Shown here in pieces: positions 9,068 to 20,162 of a stretch of 64,000 nt of DNA. Numbering within the stretch: the stretch's first letter is position 1; each line of letters begins with the position of its first letter. The position numbers and the translations under genes were made by a program. The notes below the pieces were generated by a model. That model was given only the letters and a program-made list of their open reading frames with translations, did no database searches and had not been told where the DNA came from. Source of the stretch: Spirochaetota bacterium (GTDB taxonomy: Bacteria; Spirochaetota; UBA4802; UBA5550); NCBI GenBank assembly GCA_963663865.1, contig OY760686.1, forward strand, positions 1,280,001-1,344,000, given 5' to 3'.

Positions 9068-12000
9068 ATGCCGAAGCGAGAGGACATAAAAAAAATACTT
9101 ATTATAGGTTCAGGGCCGATCGTAATCGGACAGGCATGCGAGTTTGACTATTCTGGCTCTCAGGCGTGTAAGTCACTTAAGGAAGAAGGGTACACGGTTG
9201 TTTTAATCAACTCCAATCCCGCCACCATAATGACCGATCCCGACCTTGCAGACAAGACCTATATTGAGCCCATCACTCCAGACGTAGTTGAAAAAATAAT
9301 TGAGATAGAAAGACCGGACGCTGTTTTGCCTACTGTTGGCGGCCAGACGGCGCTCAATGTTGCGATGAATCTTGCCGACATGGGAGTTTTCGACAAATAC
9401 GGCGTTGAGCTTATCGGCGCCAATATTAAATCAATCAAAAAGGCTGAGGACAGGGAGCTCTTTAAAAAGGCGATGATAGACATAGGCCTTTCAGTTCCGG
9501 AATCAGGACTTGCTTCTTCCATTGAGGAGGCTCTTGAGGTCCTTGAGCGAATCAAGCTTCCTCTGATAGTCAGGCCCGCGTTTACACTTGGAGGGACAGG
9601 CGGTAACATAATATACAACAAGGAAGACTTTGTTGAACTCGTGAAGAGGGGGCTTGATGAATCACCGATAAGTCAGGTTCTTCTTGAAGAGTCTGTTCTT
9701 GGATGGAAGGAATACGAGCTTGAGGTAATGCGTGACAGAAAAGACAATGTTGTAATAATCTGTTCGATAGAAAACCTCGACCCGATGGGTATACATACCG
9801 GTGATTCCATCACTGTCGCTCCGCAGCAGACATTGACCGACCGTGAATATCAGAACCTGCGCGATATGTCGATCAGAATAATAAGGGAAATCGGCGTAGA
9901 TACAGGCGGATCAAATATTCAGTTCGCGGTTAACCCGGCCGATGGACGCGTTATAGTTATTGAAATGAACCCGCGGGTGAGCAGAAGTTCGGCGCTTGCC
10001 TCCAAGGCGACAGGTTTCCCGATAGCAAAGATCGCGGCAAAGCTCGCTGTGGGGCTGACGCTTGATGAGATCAGAAATGACATTACGAGAGAAACGCCCG
10101 CATCGTTTGAACCGACGATTGACTATGTTGTAGTTAAAGCTCCCCGATGGGCTTTTGAGAAGTTCGAGGGCGCAAACACCACTCTCGGGACGCAGATGAA
10201 GTCGGTCGGAGAGGCAATGTCAATCGGGAGAACTTTTAAAGAATCCATGCAGAAAGCTCTCCGCTCTCTGGAGATTGACAGGTACGGCTTTGGGGCGGAT
10301 GGCAATCTTAAAATTGATGAGATGATAAACTCGCTTCCAGAGAGGCACCGTCAGGCAGTGATAGAGTCTGAACTTATTACGGCCCGTGAGGACAGAATAT
10401 TCTACATCAAGGCGGCTTTTTATCAGGGCTGGAGTGTCGAAAGGATACAGAAGCTAACTACGATTGACCCATGGTTTTTAAACCAGCTGTATGAGATATA
10501 TCAGGCCGAAAAGCTCTTTGTGAAAGAGGTTTCTGAACAGGGATATACCGCCGCTAATGTCAGAAAGATGAAGGAGCTCGGTTTTTCTGACAGGCAGCTC
10601 GGTTTTCTCGCTCACAGAGACAAGCTGACGGCATTGTACCGCAAGGGAACGCCTTATTACAAGGAGTATGTAAAAACCCTGAAGGAACATGAAAACGAGG
10701 TGAGGGCGTTCAGAAAGACAAATGACCTTATTCCAGGGTTCCGTCTGGTAGATACCTGTGCCGGAGAGTTTGAGGCTTACACGCCGTATTATTATTCTTC
10801 ATATGACGGTGACGACGAGGCTGCTCCGACAAATAGAAAAAAAATAATGATACTGGGCGGCGGTCCCAACAGAATCGGGCAGGGAATAGAGTTCGACTAC
10901 TGCTGCTGTCACGCTTCCTTCGCGCTGAGGGATGAGGGCGTTGAGTCAATAATGGTTAATTCTAACCCTGAGACCGTCTCAACTGACTATGATACCTCTG
11001 ACAGGCTGTATTTTGAGCCTCTTACCCTTGAGGATATTCTGCATATATATGAAAATGAAAAACCTGACGGAGTTATCGTTCAGTTCGGAGGGCAAACCCC
11101 TCTACGTCTTGCCAGGCTTCTTGAGGATAATGGCGTTAAGATAATCGGGACTCCCCCTGATGCCATTGACCGTGCTGAAGACCGCGAGCGTTTCGCGGAG
11201 GTTGTAGAGAAACTCAACCTGCTGCAACCTGAGAATGGAATTGCCTTCAATCAGGACGACGCGATAGCTATTGCCGGAAAGATAGGTTATCCTGTTCTGG
11301 TCAGGCCCTCCTATGTTCTGGGCGGCCGGGCTATGGCAATAATCTATGATGAATCAAGCCTTGTTAACTATATTAAAACGGCGGTCGACCTTTCACCGGA
11401 ACACCCGATTCTGGTAGACGATTTCATTGAAGATGCTGTAGAGGTTGATGTCGATGCTGTAAGCGACGGCAGGGACGTCTATATCGGCGCCATCATGGAA
11501 CACGTTGAAGAGGCCGGTGTCCACTCCGGTGACTCGGCATGCATTATCCCCCCCATGTCAATAACTGACGAGATGAAAGAGAGCATAAAGAAGACCACCG
11601 AGGCTCTTGCCATTGAACTCGGAGTTATCGGTCTTCTGAATATCCAGTACGCGATCAAGGACAACAGGCTTTATGTTATCGAGGTTAATCCGAGAGCTTC
11701 AAGGACAGTTCCCTTTGTTTCAAAAACGACCGGCGTCCCCCTCGCGAAGGTTGCCGTAAGGGTCATGCTTGGTAAAACACTCAAGGAAATCGGCCACACC
11801 GAGATGAAAACATTCCCGTACATCAGCGTGAAGGAGGCCGTCCTGCCGTTCAATAAGTTTCCCGGAGTTGACACGCTTCTTTCTCCTGAAATGAAGTCAA
11901 CCGGCGAAGTTATGGGGATTTCAGACGAGTTCGGCGAGTCCTTCTACAAGGCTGAGCTGGCGGCGGGCGACAGGCTGCCGGTGAGCGGATGCGTTTTTCT

Positions 12001-12391
12001 GAGCATTAACCGCAAGTCGAAAGACATGCTGCTTCCCGAGGTGAAAAGCCTGCACGAAGCCGGCTTCAGACTTGTGGGAACCGAGGGCACGGCTGAGTTC
12101 TACACTGAAAACGGTATTCCAGTTGACAGGGTCTACAAGGTCAGCGAAGGGCGGCCCAATGTTGTAGATATGATAAAAAATGAGGAAATCAGCCTCATAA
12201 TCAATACTCCTGAAGGGAAGTTGTCCAAAGATGATGCCTTTTCTATCAGACAGGCCGCTGTCAGGTATCATATTCCAATAATGACCACAATACCGGCGGC
12301 CAGGGCGGCAATTAACGGAATACTGACAGTAAGAAGGAAAAAGGTGCTTTCGGTAAAACCGATTCAGGAGTATCACAAAGAGGTCAGATGA
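9068..12391 (+). CDS. carB: Carbamoyl-phosphate synthase large subunit
   Basis: [25 protein letters not shown], duplicated ATP-grasp domains, C-terminal MGS domain. ATG 9068 follows GAGGTG. Confidence 0.98.
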   Translation: MPKREDIKKILIIGSGPIVIGQACEFDYSGSQACKSLKEEGYTVVLINSNPATIMTDPDLADKTYIEPITPDVVEKIIEIERPDAVLPTVGGQTALNVAMNLADMGVFDKYGVELIGANIKSIKKAEDRELFKKAMIDIGLSVPESGLASSIEEALEVLERIKLPLIVRPAFTLGGTGGNIIYNKEDFVELVKRGLDESPISQVLLEESVLGWKEYELEVMRDRKDNVVIICSIENLDPMGIHTGDSITVAPQQTLTDREYQNLRDMSIRIIREIGVDTGGSNIQFAVNPADGRVIVIEMNPRVSRSSALASKATGFPIAKIAAKLAVGLTLDEIRNDITRETPASFEPTIDYVVVKAPRWAFEKFEGANTTLGTQMKSVGEAMSIGRTFKESMQKALRSLEIDRYGFGADGNLKIDEMINSLPERHRQAVIESELITAREDRIFYIKAAFYQGWSVERIQKLTTIDPWFLNQLYEIYQAEKLFVKEVSEQGYTAANVRKMKELGFSDRQLGFLAHRDKLTALYRKGTPYYKEYVKTLKEHENEVRAFRKTNDLIPGFRLVDTCAGEFEAYTPYYYSSYDGDDEAAPTNRKKIMILGGGPNRIGQGIEFDYCCCHASFALRDEGVESIMVNSNPETVSTDYDTSDRLYFEPLTLEDILHIYENEKPDGVIVQFGGQTPLRLARLLEDNGVKIIGTPPDAIDRAEDRERFAEVVEKLNLLQPENGIAFNQDDAIAIAGKIGYPVLVRPSYVLGGRAMAIIYDESSLVNYIKTAVDLSPEHPILVDDFIEDAVEVDVDAVSDGRDVYIGAIMEHVEEAGVHSGDSACIIPPMSITDEMKESIKKTTEALAIELGVIGLLNIQYAIKDNRLYVIEVNPRASRTVPFVSKTTGVPLAKVAVRVMLGKTLKEIGHTEMKTFPYISVKEAVLPFNKFPGVDTLLSPEMKSTGEVMGISDEFGESFYKAELAAGDRLPVSGCVFLSINRKSKDMLLPEVKSLHEAGFRLVGTEGTAEFYTENGIPVDRVYKVSEGRPNVVDMIKNEEISLIINTPEGKLSKDDAFSIRQAAVRYHIPIMTTIPAARAAINGILTVRRKKVLSVKPIQEYHKEVR

Positions 12392-12392
12392 T

Positions 12393-12929
12393 ATGCCGGA
12401 AAAGCTGATTCTTAACAGCAGTGAAATTGATGAAACAATTGAAAACCTCGGCAGAGCGGTGTATGACGGTATTGACGATATTGAACGCTTTGCCGTTGTG
12501 GGTATTCAGTCGAGCGGTATTGAACTCGCCGACCGTATTCGCGCGTGTGTTGAGAAAGCATCCGGCAGGGACGTTAAACACGGGATTCTTGATATTACCT
12601 TCTATCGTGATGATCTGGCGACAAGAGGAGTGCTTCCCGTAATCAGGGAAACGCTTATTGATTTCAATATCAACAAGATGACAATTCTTCTTGTCGATGA
12701 TGTTCTTTTTACAGGAAGGACTACTAAAGCCGCAATAGAAACACTCATGAGCTTCGGCAGGCCCGGTGCCATTAAGCTCCTCTGTCTTGTAGACAGAGGC
12801 AACCGTGAGCTGCCCATTCAGCCTGACTTCTGCGGAAAGCGTATTGAGACCTCTATTAAGGATCAGGTGTCGGTATTTCTCAAACCGGGCGGTTCTGGAG
12901 AGGACAGGGTTGAACTAATTGAGGGATGA
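12393..12929 (+). CDS. pyrR: Pyrimidine regulator / uracil phosphoribosyltransferase PyrR
   Basis: LDITFYRDDL, LVDDVLFTGRT, LVDRGNRELPIQPD. Confidence 0.93.
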   Translation: MPEKLILNSSEIDETIENLGRAVYDGIDDIERFAVVGIQSSGIELADRIRACVEKASGRDVKHGILDITFYRDDLATRGVLPVIRETLIDFNINKMTILLVDDVLFTGRTTKAAIETLMSFGRPGAIKLLCLVDRGNRELPIQPDFCGKRIETSIKDQVSVFLKPGGSGEDRVELIEG

Positions 12930-12974
12930 ATCCGGAATCTGCAGCCAGCTGAGTATATCCCGAAAGGAAATTAA

Positions 12975-13901
12975 ATGAAAGATATTGTAATCATAGGCGG
13001 AGGCCCGGCCGGGCTTACCGCGTCTATTTATGCGGTGAGGGCGGGGCTGTCGGCTGTTCTTGTAGAAATGTACTCGCCCGGTGGTCAGGTCATGAAAACG
13101 TTTGAGGTAGAAAACTATCCGGGGTTCGAGAAGCCTGTAGCGGGATGGGAGCTCATGTCGGCTATGGAGGCACAGGCCAGGCGTCTTGAGGCCGATATAA
13201 CTTCAGCCTCTGTTTCATCCCTGTTGAAAGACGATGAAACAAATCTTTTCACAGTTAAATTTTCGGATGGTACCGAAGTAAGGTCAAAAACCGTGATTGC
13301 CGCTCCCGGTGCGTCGCTCAAAAAGCTCGGGATCGAAGGGGAAGAGCGCCTGACAGGCAGAGGAGTTTCATACTGCGCAACATGTGACGGCGCATTTTTT
13401 AAAAACAGAATAACCGCTGTTGTCGGCGGCGGTGACACCGCGCTTGAAGAGGCCCTTTTTCTGACGGGTTTTTCTTCCAGGGTTTATCTCATTCACCGGC
13501 GCGAAAGCTTTCGTGGAGCGGATATTCTTCAGAAGAGGGTCTTCGCCTCTGAGAAGATTGTCCCGGTTTATAACTCAAAGCCGGTCGAGGTGAAGGGAGT
13601 GGATAGTGTCGAGGGTCTTGTTCTTGAAAATACAGTGAGCGGTGAGAGGTCAGAGCTTAATATTGACGGTGTCTTTATCTTCATCGGATATCAGCCCAAT
13701 TCATCCTTTTTGCCTTATGAAATCTTAAATGATAAGGGTGAGGTGATTGTCGACAGCGGGATGCGAACCAGCGTGGACGGGCTTTTCGCGGCGGGGGATG
13801 TGCGGTCCGAATCAAAGAGGCAGATCGTTACTGCCGCAGCTGATGGGGCAACCGCTGCCTTAAACGCTTATGACTATATTCAATGCCATGACTTCTGTTA
13901 A
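12975..13901 (+). CDS. trxB: Thioredoxin reductase
   Basis: GGGPAGL, GVSYCATCDG, GGGDTA, GLFAAGD. Confidence 0.95.
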   Translation: MKDIVIIGGGPAGLTASIYAVRAGLSAVLVEMYSPGGQVMKTFEVENYPGFEKPVAGWELMSAMEAQARRLEADITSASVSSLLKDDETNLFTVKFSDGTEVRSKTVIAAPGASLKKLGIEGEERLTGRGVSYCATCDGAFFKNRITAVVGGGDTALEEALFLTGFSSRVYLIHRRESFRGADILQKRVFASEKIVPVYNSKPVEVKGVDSVEGLVLENTVSGERSELNIDGVFIFIGYQPNSSFLPYEILNDKGEVIVDSGMRTSVDGLFAAGDVRSESKRQIVTAAADGATAALNAYDYIQCHDFC

Positions 13902-14026
13902 AATGTGTTCTCCATGTCAGGGCCCTGGCTGAAGAACAGGCACTAATAGTACGCAAAAAAAGAACAAACTTTTGAATAAGGCTTTACATTATATGTGAAT
14001 CCCGCCTATAAGTTGTAAATATAAAA

Positions 14027-14155
14027 ATTAGCACACTGAAAATAAGTCCCGCCTTCTGCGGGACGCCTTTCTGATAGGCCTGCTCCTGTGAGTAAGCGGG
14101 CAGGCGCTGAATCGTTTTTTCAGAGCTGTTTATCGATTGGACGGCAAGTGCTGAT
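14027..14155 (+). ncRNA. Candidate structured 5' leader RNA of unrecognised class
   Basis: Five mutually compatible stems found by eye, between a possible promoter (TTTACA-18-TATAAG) and the SD of 14180. Confidence 0.4.
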
Positions 14156-14179
14156 AATAATTAAATAACGGGGGATTTT

Positions 14180-14773
14180 ATGGAAGAAAAAATCAGAAAA
14201 GTTACGGACAAGGTTCTCATTCTGAAGCCGTTCATTGCGTTACTTGCGCAGGGACGTATCATCAAGCTTGTTTTTGCATGGTTTTTGAGAATAGCCGCTG
14301 CTGTGTTTATTCTTGGTTTTCTGTACAGGTGGGCCTTTGCCTGGGAAATGGTATTTAAAATGTCCGGCGCTCTTGTGCTTGTCCTTTCCATTCTTATGCT
14401 TCTTTCGCTTGTGTTCGTATATGCAATCATAAACATGGTTCTTATCAAGGCTGATGCAATTATTGATTTGCCAGAATCAAAAGATTATATTGTGATTCCT
14501 GTTTCTGTCATTATTACACGCCTTGCGGGTGAGATAGCTCTGTGCGTGAGTATATTCGCTGGCATCGCCGGCTTCCTTGTTTCCCTTACACAGCAGGGCG
14601 GAATGGTCCTGAGGATGATCCCATTCTTCGACGGTTCTGGAGTTCAGGCAGGCCTTACTGGTCTGGCTGCGGCCCTTGTTTTCGGATTTGTATTTTTGTT
14701 CCTCTCATATCTTGTTGCTGAGCAGATCGGTGTTTTTGCTGATATCGCCAGAAACACAAAGAGAAACTCTTAA
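14180..14773 (+). CDS. Hypothetical membrane protein (about 4 TM)
   Basis: GGGGGA SD, long hydrophobic segments, C-terminal DIARNTK. Confidence 0.75.
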   Translation: MEEKIRKVTDKVLILKPFIALLAQGRIIKLVFAWFLRIAAAVFILGFLYRWAFAWEMVFKMSGALVLVLSILMLLSLVFVYAIINMVLIKADAIIDLPESKDYIVIPVSVIITRLAGEIALCVSIFAGIAGFLVSLTQQGGMVLRMIPFFDGSGVQAGLTGLAAALVFGFVFLFLSYLVAEQIGVFADIARNTKRNS

Positions 14774-14796
14774 TAAATTAAAATCGAAGGGAAAAG

Positions 14797-15252
14797 ATGA
14801 ATACTATTACAAAAAAAACAGCCTGCCTGCTCTTGGGAGCGTTTATTGCGGTTTTGGCGGGCTGCTCTAAAGAGAAGTATCCCGATGTCAGAAAGTATGT
14901 TGATGAGGTCATTGAGTATCAGAACTGGTATGCCGGAGAGCTTGAAAAGGCCAAGGATGCCGGCGAGGTTGCCTCTCTTATCGACAAATACAGCGACCGC
15001 ATGCTTGAATTCGCTGTCAAAGGCAAGGAGCTGAACAATAAGTACCCTGAAATGAAAGACGACGATAAGCTCCCGGAAGAGCTTAAAAAGCAGATGGACA
15101 GGCTTGAAAAGACCGCTGAAGAGCTTTCGGTGAGAATGATGAATTCCCTCAGCAAGTACATGGCTGATCCGAAGGTCCTTCAGGCAAATATCAGAATGGC
15201 AGAGAAATTCAGAAAGGCCAGTGAAACAGAAACTGATGAGGAAGAGAAGTAA
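14797..15252 (+). CDS. Hypothetical helical lipoprotein
   Basis: Lipobox LAGC; charged helical mature region. Confidence 0.75.
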   Translation: MNTITKKTACLLLGAFIAVLAGCSKEKYPDVRKYVDEVIEYQNWYAGELEKAKDAGEVASLIDKYSDRMLEFAVKGKELNNKYPEMKDDDKLPEELKKQMDRLEKTAEELSVRMMNSLSKYMADPKVLQANIRMAEKFRKASETETDEEEK

Positions 15253-15257
15253 TAGAG

Positions 15258-16052
15258 TCAGAAAGAAGCGGAAAACCACTCTTCTATCTCTTTCCAGATA
15301 ATTGAGCGGAGCTCTTTCAGCCTGATCTCATCAACTTTCAGGTATTCGTAGCTGAAAAACTCTTCATTGAGAAAGAGACATTTTGAGACTGATATTTTAA
15401 GATACGGAATTCCGGCCTTCAGGCATTTTGCTGCGATTATGCCTGAAGCCGGAACCGTTCTCGTTCCATTATCTTTTACTATGCTGCTTCCCCTTGACTC
15501 GAGCGCGTCAGAGAGTCTGCCTCTTAAAAAACCAGCTTTCTCTGGTATTATTGTTTCAACTTTGCCGTCAGTTGTTTCTACGATGCCGCTTACGGAAACG
15601 ATGGGGCGCGGCTTTCCCGCGTCATCAAGCGTGGCAGGGGCAACAGCGTCAACTGTGTGGCAGTCGATTACCAGCTTTATCTCACCTGACTTTAAGATCT
15701 TCGAGAGAGCGTCGTGAAATGGAACATAATATCTTTCAATTAGCGCTGATATAGCGAGTTCGTCAGGATAGTATCCTGACGCGTAGATCGGTCTGCCTGA
15801 CAGGGATTTTATCCTCATAATTCCGTTGTCGCGCGATCTAACAGACTTTATGCTCCGGTCAATATCAAGTATTAGACGGTTAATACGCGATTTCAGAATG
15901 GCCGCTGTATCGGGAAAGTCAAAAATGTTTTCAGCGCATGTGTCCGTGCCTGTAAACAGTTCGAAGTCCGAGAGAGCGATATATTCTGCCAACTCTTCAG
16001 GTATCGAATACGAGCAGTGCGGTAATGTTATCAAAATTGGATATCGTCCCAT
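15258..16052 (-). CDS. N-formylglutamate amidohydrolase-family protein
   Basis: LPH, D, RLILDIDR, YYVPFH and VIDCH motifs. Confidence 0.75.
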   Translation of the reverse strand: MGRYPILITLPHCSYSIPEELAEYIALSDFELFTGTDTCAENIFDFPDTAAILKSRINRLILDIDRSIKSVRSRDNGIMRIKSLSGRPIYASGYYPDELAISALIERYYVPFHDALSKILKSGEIKLVIDCHTVDAVAPATLDDAGKPRPIVSVSGIVETTDGKVETIIPEKAGFLRGRLSDALESRGSSIVKDNGTRTVPASGIIAAKCLKAGIPYLKISVSKCLFLNEEFFSYEYLKVDEIRLKELRSIIWKEIEEWFSASF

Positions 16053-16342
16053 CAGTATTTATGAGGATGTTTCATTAATCTCAATGTCAACAAATAATCA
16101 AACCAACTGGATACTCATGATATCAACTTTTAAAAATTTGGATGTTGCGGCAGAGCGAAAGCAGAAAGGGAAGAAAAGCTTATTTTTAAAGACAGATTTC
16201 CCGCTGTGAGTTAAAAAACGATTGAATCTTTAGCTTGATACTATTTTAATGATAATTAAGGAAGCTGCTAAGTCCAATGATTAATAAAGGCGTATCTTGC
16301 AGCTTTCAGCATTTGAAAAAATTCAAACAAGAAAGAAATGAC

Positions 16343-16984
16343 ATGAAAAAAGCTAAAGCGTTCTTATTCGATTTTGACGGCACTCTGGTTGACACGATGG
16401 AGGGGTTTGCGGATATAGCCGGCCGTATAATAAGCAAATTTCATCCTGAAGAAAGCTTTGAGGCCGCGAGGGAAAGATATTTACAGACCTCAGGGGTTCC
16501 GTTCCATCAGCAGCTTGAGATAATCTTCCCGGGTGAGCCCACTAATACTGAAAAGGCCGCTCTCTTTGAAGAAATGAAGAAAGAGGGCTTTTTTGCCAGC
16601 AGTTTCAGCGATGAGGTCAGAGAAGCCATTAATGGTTTAAGGGAAAGAGGATTTCTGGCCGGTGTTTCTTCGAATAACTTTCAGGAGCTCATCGACCGCT
16701 TTGTCTCTACCGGGGGGCTTGAGTTTGATATCGTTCTCGGATACAGGCACGGGTTTGAAAAGGGGAAGGACCACTTTGACTATATAATGGAAAAATTCTC
16801 ACTCGACAGAGAGGAGCTTGTTTTCGTTGGAGATTCAATCAAGGACGCCGAGAAGGCCATTAATAACGGAGTCCGTTTTATAGGGCTCTGTGGAACGTTT
16901 ACCGATGCAGATTTTCAGAAAGTCCGCAGCGGACTTCAAACAATTCAATCAATCAGGGAGCTTTTAACTTTATGCGATCAGTGA
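16343..16984 (+). CDS. HAD-superfamily hydrolase
   Basis: FDFDGTLVDT, SNN, K, FVGDS..D motifs; start moved to MKKAKAF. Confidence 0.88.
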   Translation: MKKAKAFLFDFDGTLVDTMEGFADIAGRIISKFHPEESFEAARERYLQTSGVPFHQQLEIIFPGEPTNTEKAALFEEMKKEGFFASSFSDEVREAINGLRERGFLAGVSSNNFQELIDRFVSTGGLEFDIVLGYRHGFEKGKDHFDYIMEKFSLDREELVFVGDSIKDAEKAINNGVRFIGLCGTFTDADFQKVRSGLQTIQSIRELLTLCDQ

Positions 16985-17697
16985 TACTTGCGGCCGGAAC
17001 AGGGACAAGACTTGGCGGAACAAATACAAAGGCGCTTGTCGAAGTAAACGGCAGAAAGATGATAGACTATCTCTTCGATTTTATCGATGTTTCCACATTT
17101 GAAGAGGTGCTTGTTGTAGGCGGTTTTCATTATGGTGAGCTTCAGGATTATATAGATTCACTGGGGTATCAGAATGTGAGGGTCCTTGAAAATCCGGATT
17201 ATCTGAAGGGAAACATATTTACGCTGATGAGGGCATTGAAGGAGTTCAATTCAGGTTCTTTTCTGATAACAAATGTGGATCACATTTATCCCAGAGTCAT
17301 GTTCGAGAAGATGAAAAAGTCGTTCAGCGGGATAACAGCAATGTGCGATTTTGACAGAAACCTTGGCCTTGACGATATGAAAGTCCTTCTTCGTGAAGAT
17401 GATACTCACATTGAAGCAATCGACAAAAAGCTCACCAACTACAATTGCGGCTATATCGGAATGACTTATGTGGATGGAGCCATGAACGATGTGTACAGAA
17501 GCGCTGCGGATGAAACTGTGAATAAAGTGGGTGAGAAGGCGGTTGTTGAGAATATTCTGCAGACGCTGGCAGCTAATCCGGAAACGGCCCCGAAGATATG
17601 CGATCTTTCCGGATTCGGGTGGTACGAGGTAGATGACGCTACTGATTTAGCCAGAGCTGAGAAGGGGCTTCTTACTGATAAAAACTTCACCAGATGA
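16972..17697 (+). CDS. NTP transferase, LicC/inositol-1-phosphate cytidylyltransferase-like
   Basis: ILAAGTGTRLGG...K, DDMKV, YIGM, WYEVDD..DL. Confidence 0.78.
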   Translation: MRSVILAAGTGTRLGGTNTKALVEVNGRKMIDYLFDFIDVSTFEEVLVVGGFHYGELQDYIDSLGYQNVRVLENPDYLKGNIFTLMRALKEFNSGSFLITNVDHIYPRVMFEKMKKSFSGITAMCDFDRNLGLDDMKVLLREDDTHIEAIDKKLTNYNCGYIGMTYVDGAMNDVYRSAADETVNKVGEKAVVENILQTLAANPETAPKICDLSGFGWYEVDDATDLARAEKGLLTDKNFTR

Positions 17698-18664
17698 CGG
17701 TGAGCGGATTAAGCACAACGCCGTGATGAATCAGCATAAAGTGGACATGCGGGCCGGTTGAACGGCCTGTTGAGCCTACAAGAGCGACAGTATTTCCCTG
17801 TAAAACAAAGTCGCCTTTTTTCGAGATGAGTTCCGAGCAGTGTGCATATAGAGTTGAGTAACCGTCTTTGTGCTGTATCTCAACGGTGTTTCCGTATCCT
17901 TCCCTCCAACCGGAAAAAGTAACAATTCCAGAGCGCGAGGCCTTTACGGGTGAACCGTATCTTGCCTGAATGTCAAGCCCGTTGTGAAAGGCCATCATGT
18001 GAATGAAAGGATCGACTCTTTCACCGAACATCGAAGTGTAGTGCCCCCTGTCGACTGGCATAATAAAAATATTTTTGTGGGCGTAGAGTTTTCCCATTGG
18101 CTTGTTCAGCAAAACCGGTTTTGCACCCTGGAAAAAAACTAACCTCACGTCATCGTTGGAGAAAAGCTTGAACAGAGCGGGCCTGTACTCGCCTTCCAGT
18201 TTTGATTTTTCCCCGAGTTGTTTCTGCATTCTGTAAACGTCGAGCACATTGTCAAAAGCGAAAAGAACTCCATCTTTTGAAGGAATTATGAGTTTTAATC
18301 CTTCTTTTGGCCTGAGTGATTTTAAAAAGGGATTTGCCGCTATAAGAGTGTCGATGCTTATGCCGTAACGCGCGGTAATATTCCAAAAGGATTCGCCAAT
18401 TTGCATGGTATGTACGGTAAGACGGACACCCGCGTTGTAGGGATAGCTTTCAGCAAGTTTAATGTACGCATCCATATCATGAAATAAAGGAAAACCGTTT
18501 TTTAGACTGTAGGCATTTCTATCGACCTCAATCCCATGAAGAATAAGGGTGTTGTATATGTTTAATGACAGGATAGATATAATGAAAAGAACTGCCGCGG
18601 CAGCAGCACCTCTTTTGATATGGCGGTACGGGCTGTCGGGGATATGTTTTCCTCGAAACCTCAT
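17687..18664 (-). CDS. LysM + M23 peptidase
   Basis: LysM-like GESFWNITARYGIS; HNGLDI, YAH and STGPHVHF motifs. Confidence 0.88.
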   Translation of the reverse strand: MRFRGKHIPDSPYRHIKRGAAAAAVLFIISILSLNIYNTLILHGIEVDRNAYSLKNGFPLFHDMDAYIKLAESYPYNAGVRLTVHTMQIGESFWNITARYGISIDTLIAANPFLKSLRPKEGLKLIIPSKDGVLFAFDNVLDVYRMQKQLGEKSKLEGEYRPALFKLFSNDDVRLVFFQGAKPVLLNKPMGKLYAHKNIFIMPVDRGHYTSMFGERVDPFIHMMAFHNGLDIQARYGSPVKASRSGIVTFSGWREGYGNTVEIQHKDGYSTLYAHCSELISKKGDFVLQGNTVALVGSTGRSTGPHVHFMLIHHGVVLNPLTVIW

Positions 18665-19473
18665 TCGCCCCCCAGCGCGCGTGATTTTTTTGCGGCTGAC
18701 TCTACAGCATCCATAACGATACCTGAGAAGCCCGATATTTCGAGTTTATGAATGCCTTCTATAGTTGTACCGGCCGGCGAGGCAACCATGTCTCTGAGCA
18801 TTATTGGATTTTGCAATTCGTCAAGAACCATGCCCGCTGAGCCAAAAACGGTCTGGGCAGCGAGGAGCAGGGCGTCGTTTCTTGATATTCCGCATTTGAC
18901 GGCGCCGTCTGCGAGTGCCTGTATGAATGTGAAAACAAAAGCCGGACCGCTGCCCGATACCCCGGTAACTGCATCCATCAAATGTTCAGGGAGTACGATT
19001 GCTCTTCCAAGCGACTGGAAAACCGCAATAGCTTTATCCAATGTTCCCACATCAATATCTTCAGGTGCTGAAAGAACAGACATCCCCTGGGAAATCAGCG
19101 CGGGGGTATTGGGCATCACTCTGATAACCGCTGTGCCGGGAAGAAGGTTGTCTCGCAGTGTTTTGAGCTTAACACCAGCGGCAATGGATATGACAGTTTT
19201 GCCGCGTGCTTCTTCACGTATTGAGGAAAGCACTGAAGGAACCGCAGCGGGTTTTACAGCTACTATTATGATGTCTGAAAGCGTGGTTGTTTCTGAGGAC
19301 GATGCAGAGGTGCTGACACGCGGCATTTTTTCAAGCCGGGTAAGTTTGCTTTTGTCTGTATCGCAGATATTAAGCTCAGGGCCGTCCTCTATCTTTAGCA
19401 GTCCCGAAATAATCGCGCCGCCCATGTTCCCGGTGCCAATGCATCCGATCTTAAGTCCTTTTAAAATACTCAC
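18661..19473 (-). CDS. proC: Pyrroline-5-carboxylate reductase
   Basis: IGTGNMG, AVKP, RVMPNTP, GSGPAF, VASPAGTT. Confidence 0.95.
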   Translation of the reverse strand: MSILKGLKIGCIGTGNMGGAIISGLLKIEDGPELNICDTDKSKLTRLEKMPRVSTSASSSETTTLSDIIIVAVKPAAVPSVLSSIREEARGKTVISIAAGVKLKTLRDNLLPGTAVIRVMPNTPALISQGMSVLSAPEDIDVGTLDKAIAVFQSLGRAIVLPEHLMDAVTGVSGSGPAFVFTFIQALADGAVKCGISRNDALLLAAQTVFGSAGMVLDELQNPIMLRDMVASPAGTTIEGIHKLEISGFSGIVMDAVESAAKKSRALGGE

Positions 19474-20162
19474 CTGCGACCTCTGTACCTTTCTCCAAAA
19501 ATTGCGCTGCCGATTCTCACTATTGTAGCCCCTTCTTCAATTGCCGTCTCAAAGTCTGATGACATGCCCATTGATAGCTCTGTTAGGCTGAGCCCGAGTT
19601 CTGAGTTAATGCGTTCTCTTGTCTTTCTTGCGATTGAGAAAGCCTTTCGGACTACTTTCTCATTATCGGAAAATTCGGCCATAGTCATGACTCCGGAAAG
19701 CTTGATCCCTTCAAGTGAAGACAATCGTCCAGCGAGTTCGACAGCCTCTGAAGGGGAGATGCCGTTCTTAGTGGCCTCCTCTGAACCGTTTATCTGGATG
19801 TAAACTTCCTGTGTTTTGTTCTGCGCTACGGCTTCCCGTGAAACCCTCTCGGCAGTCGAGAACTTGTCGATGGAATGAATCACATCGAAAAGGCTGACCG
19901 CGTCTTTTGCCTTATTTGATTGAAGATGTCCGATAAGATGGAATGAAGCTTGGCCTGTCAGTTCGGGGATTTTAGACCTGGCCTCCTGGACCCTGTTCTC
20001 GCCGAAGAGGGAGACTCCAATATTTATTGCCTCCTGAACTGACGATGCGGGGAAATTCTTTGAGACAGTGAGGATTCTTACCGAACCGGGATGTCTTCCG
20101 GAACGGAGCTCTGCCTCCCTGACAATGCCTGTTATGTATTTATAGTTTTCGATTATATTCAT
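19470..20162 (-). CDS. yggS: PLP homeostasis protein YggS
   Basis: VSK, FGENRVQE, HLIGHLQSNK, LSMGMSSD, VRIGSAIFG. Confidence 0.95.
   Translation of the reverse strand: MNIIENYKYITGIVREAELRSGRHPGSVRILTVSKNFPASSVQEAINIGVSLFGENRVQEARSKIPELTGQASFHLIGHLQSNKAKDAVSLFDVIHSIDKFSTAERVSREAVAQNKTQEVYIQINGSEEATKNGISPSEAVELAGRLSSLEGIKLSGVMTMAEFSDNEKVVRKAFSIARKTRERINSELGLSLTELSMGMSSDFETAIEEGATIVRIGSAIFGERYRGRR

Noticed and set aside
14028-14036. CIRCE element (TTAGCAC)
   Set aside because: Only a half-site. The complement lies about 115 nt away, not 9, and fits an RNA closing stem better.
18752-19528. 258-aa ORF antisense to proC (also 30440-31147, 43994-44542, 57855-58583)
   Set aside because: Shadow ORFs opposite well-conserved genes, with no motifs of their own.
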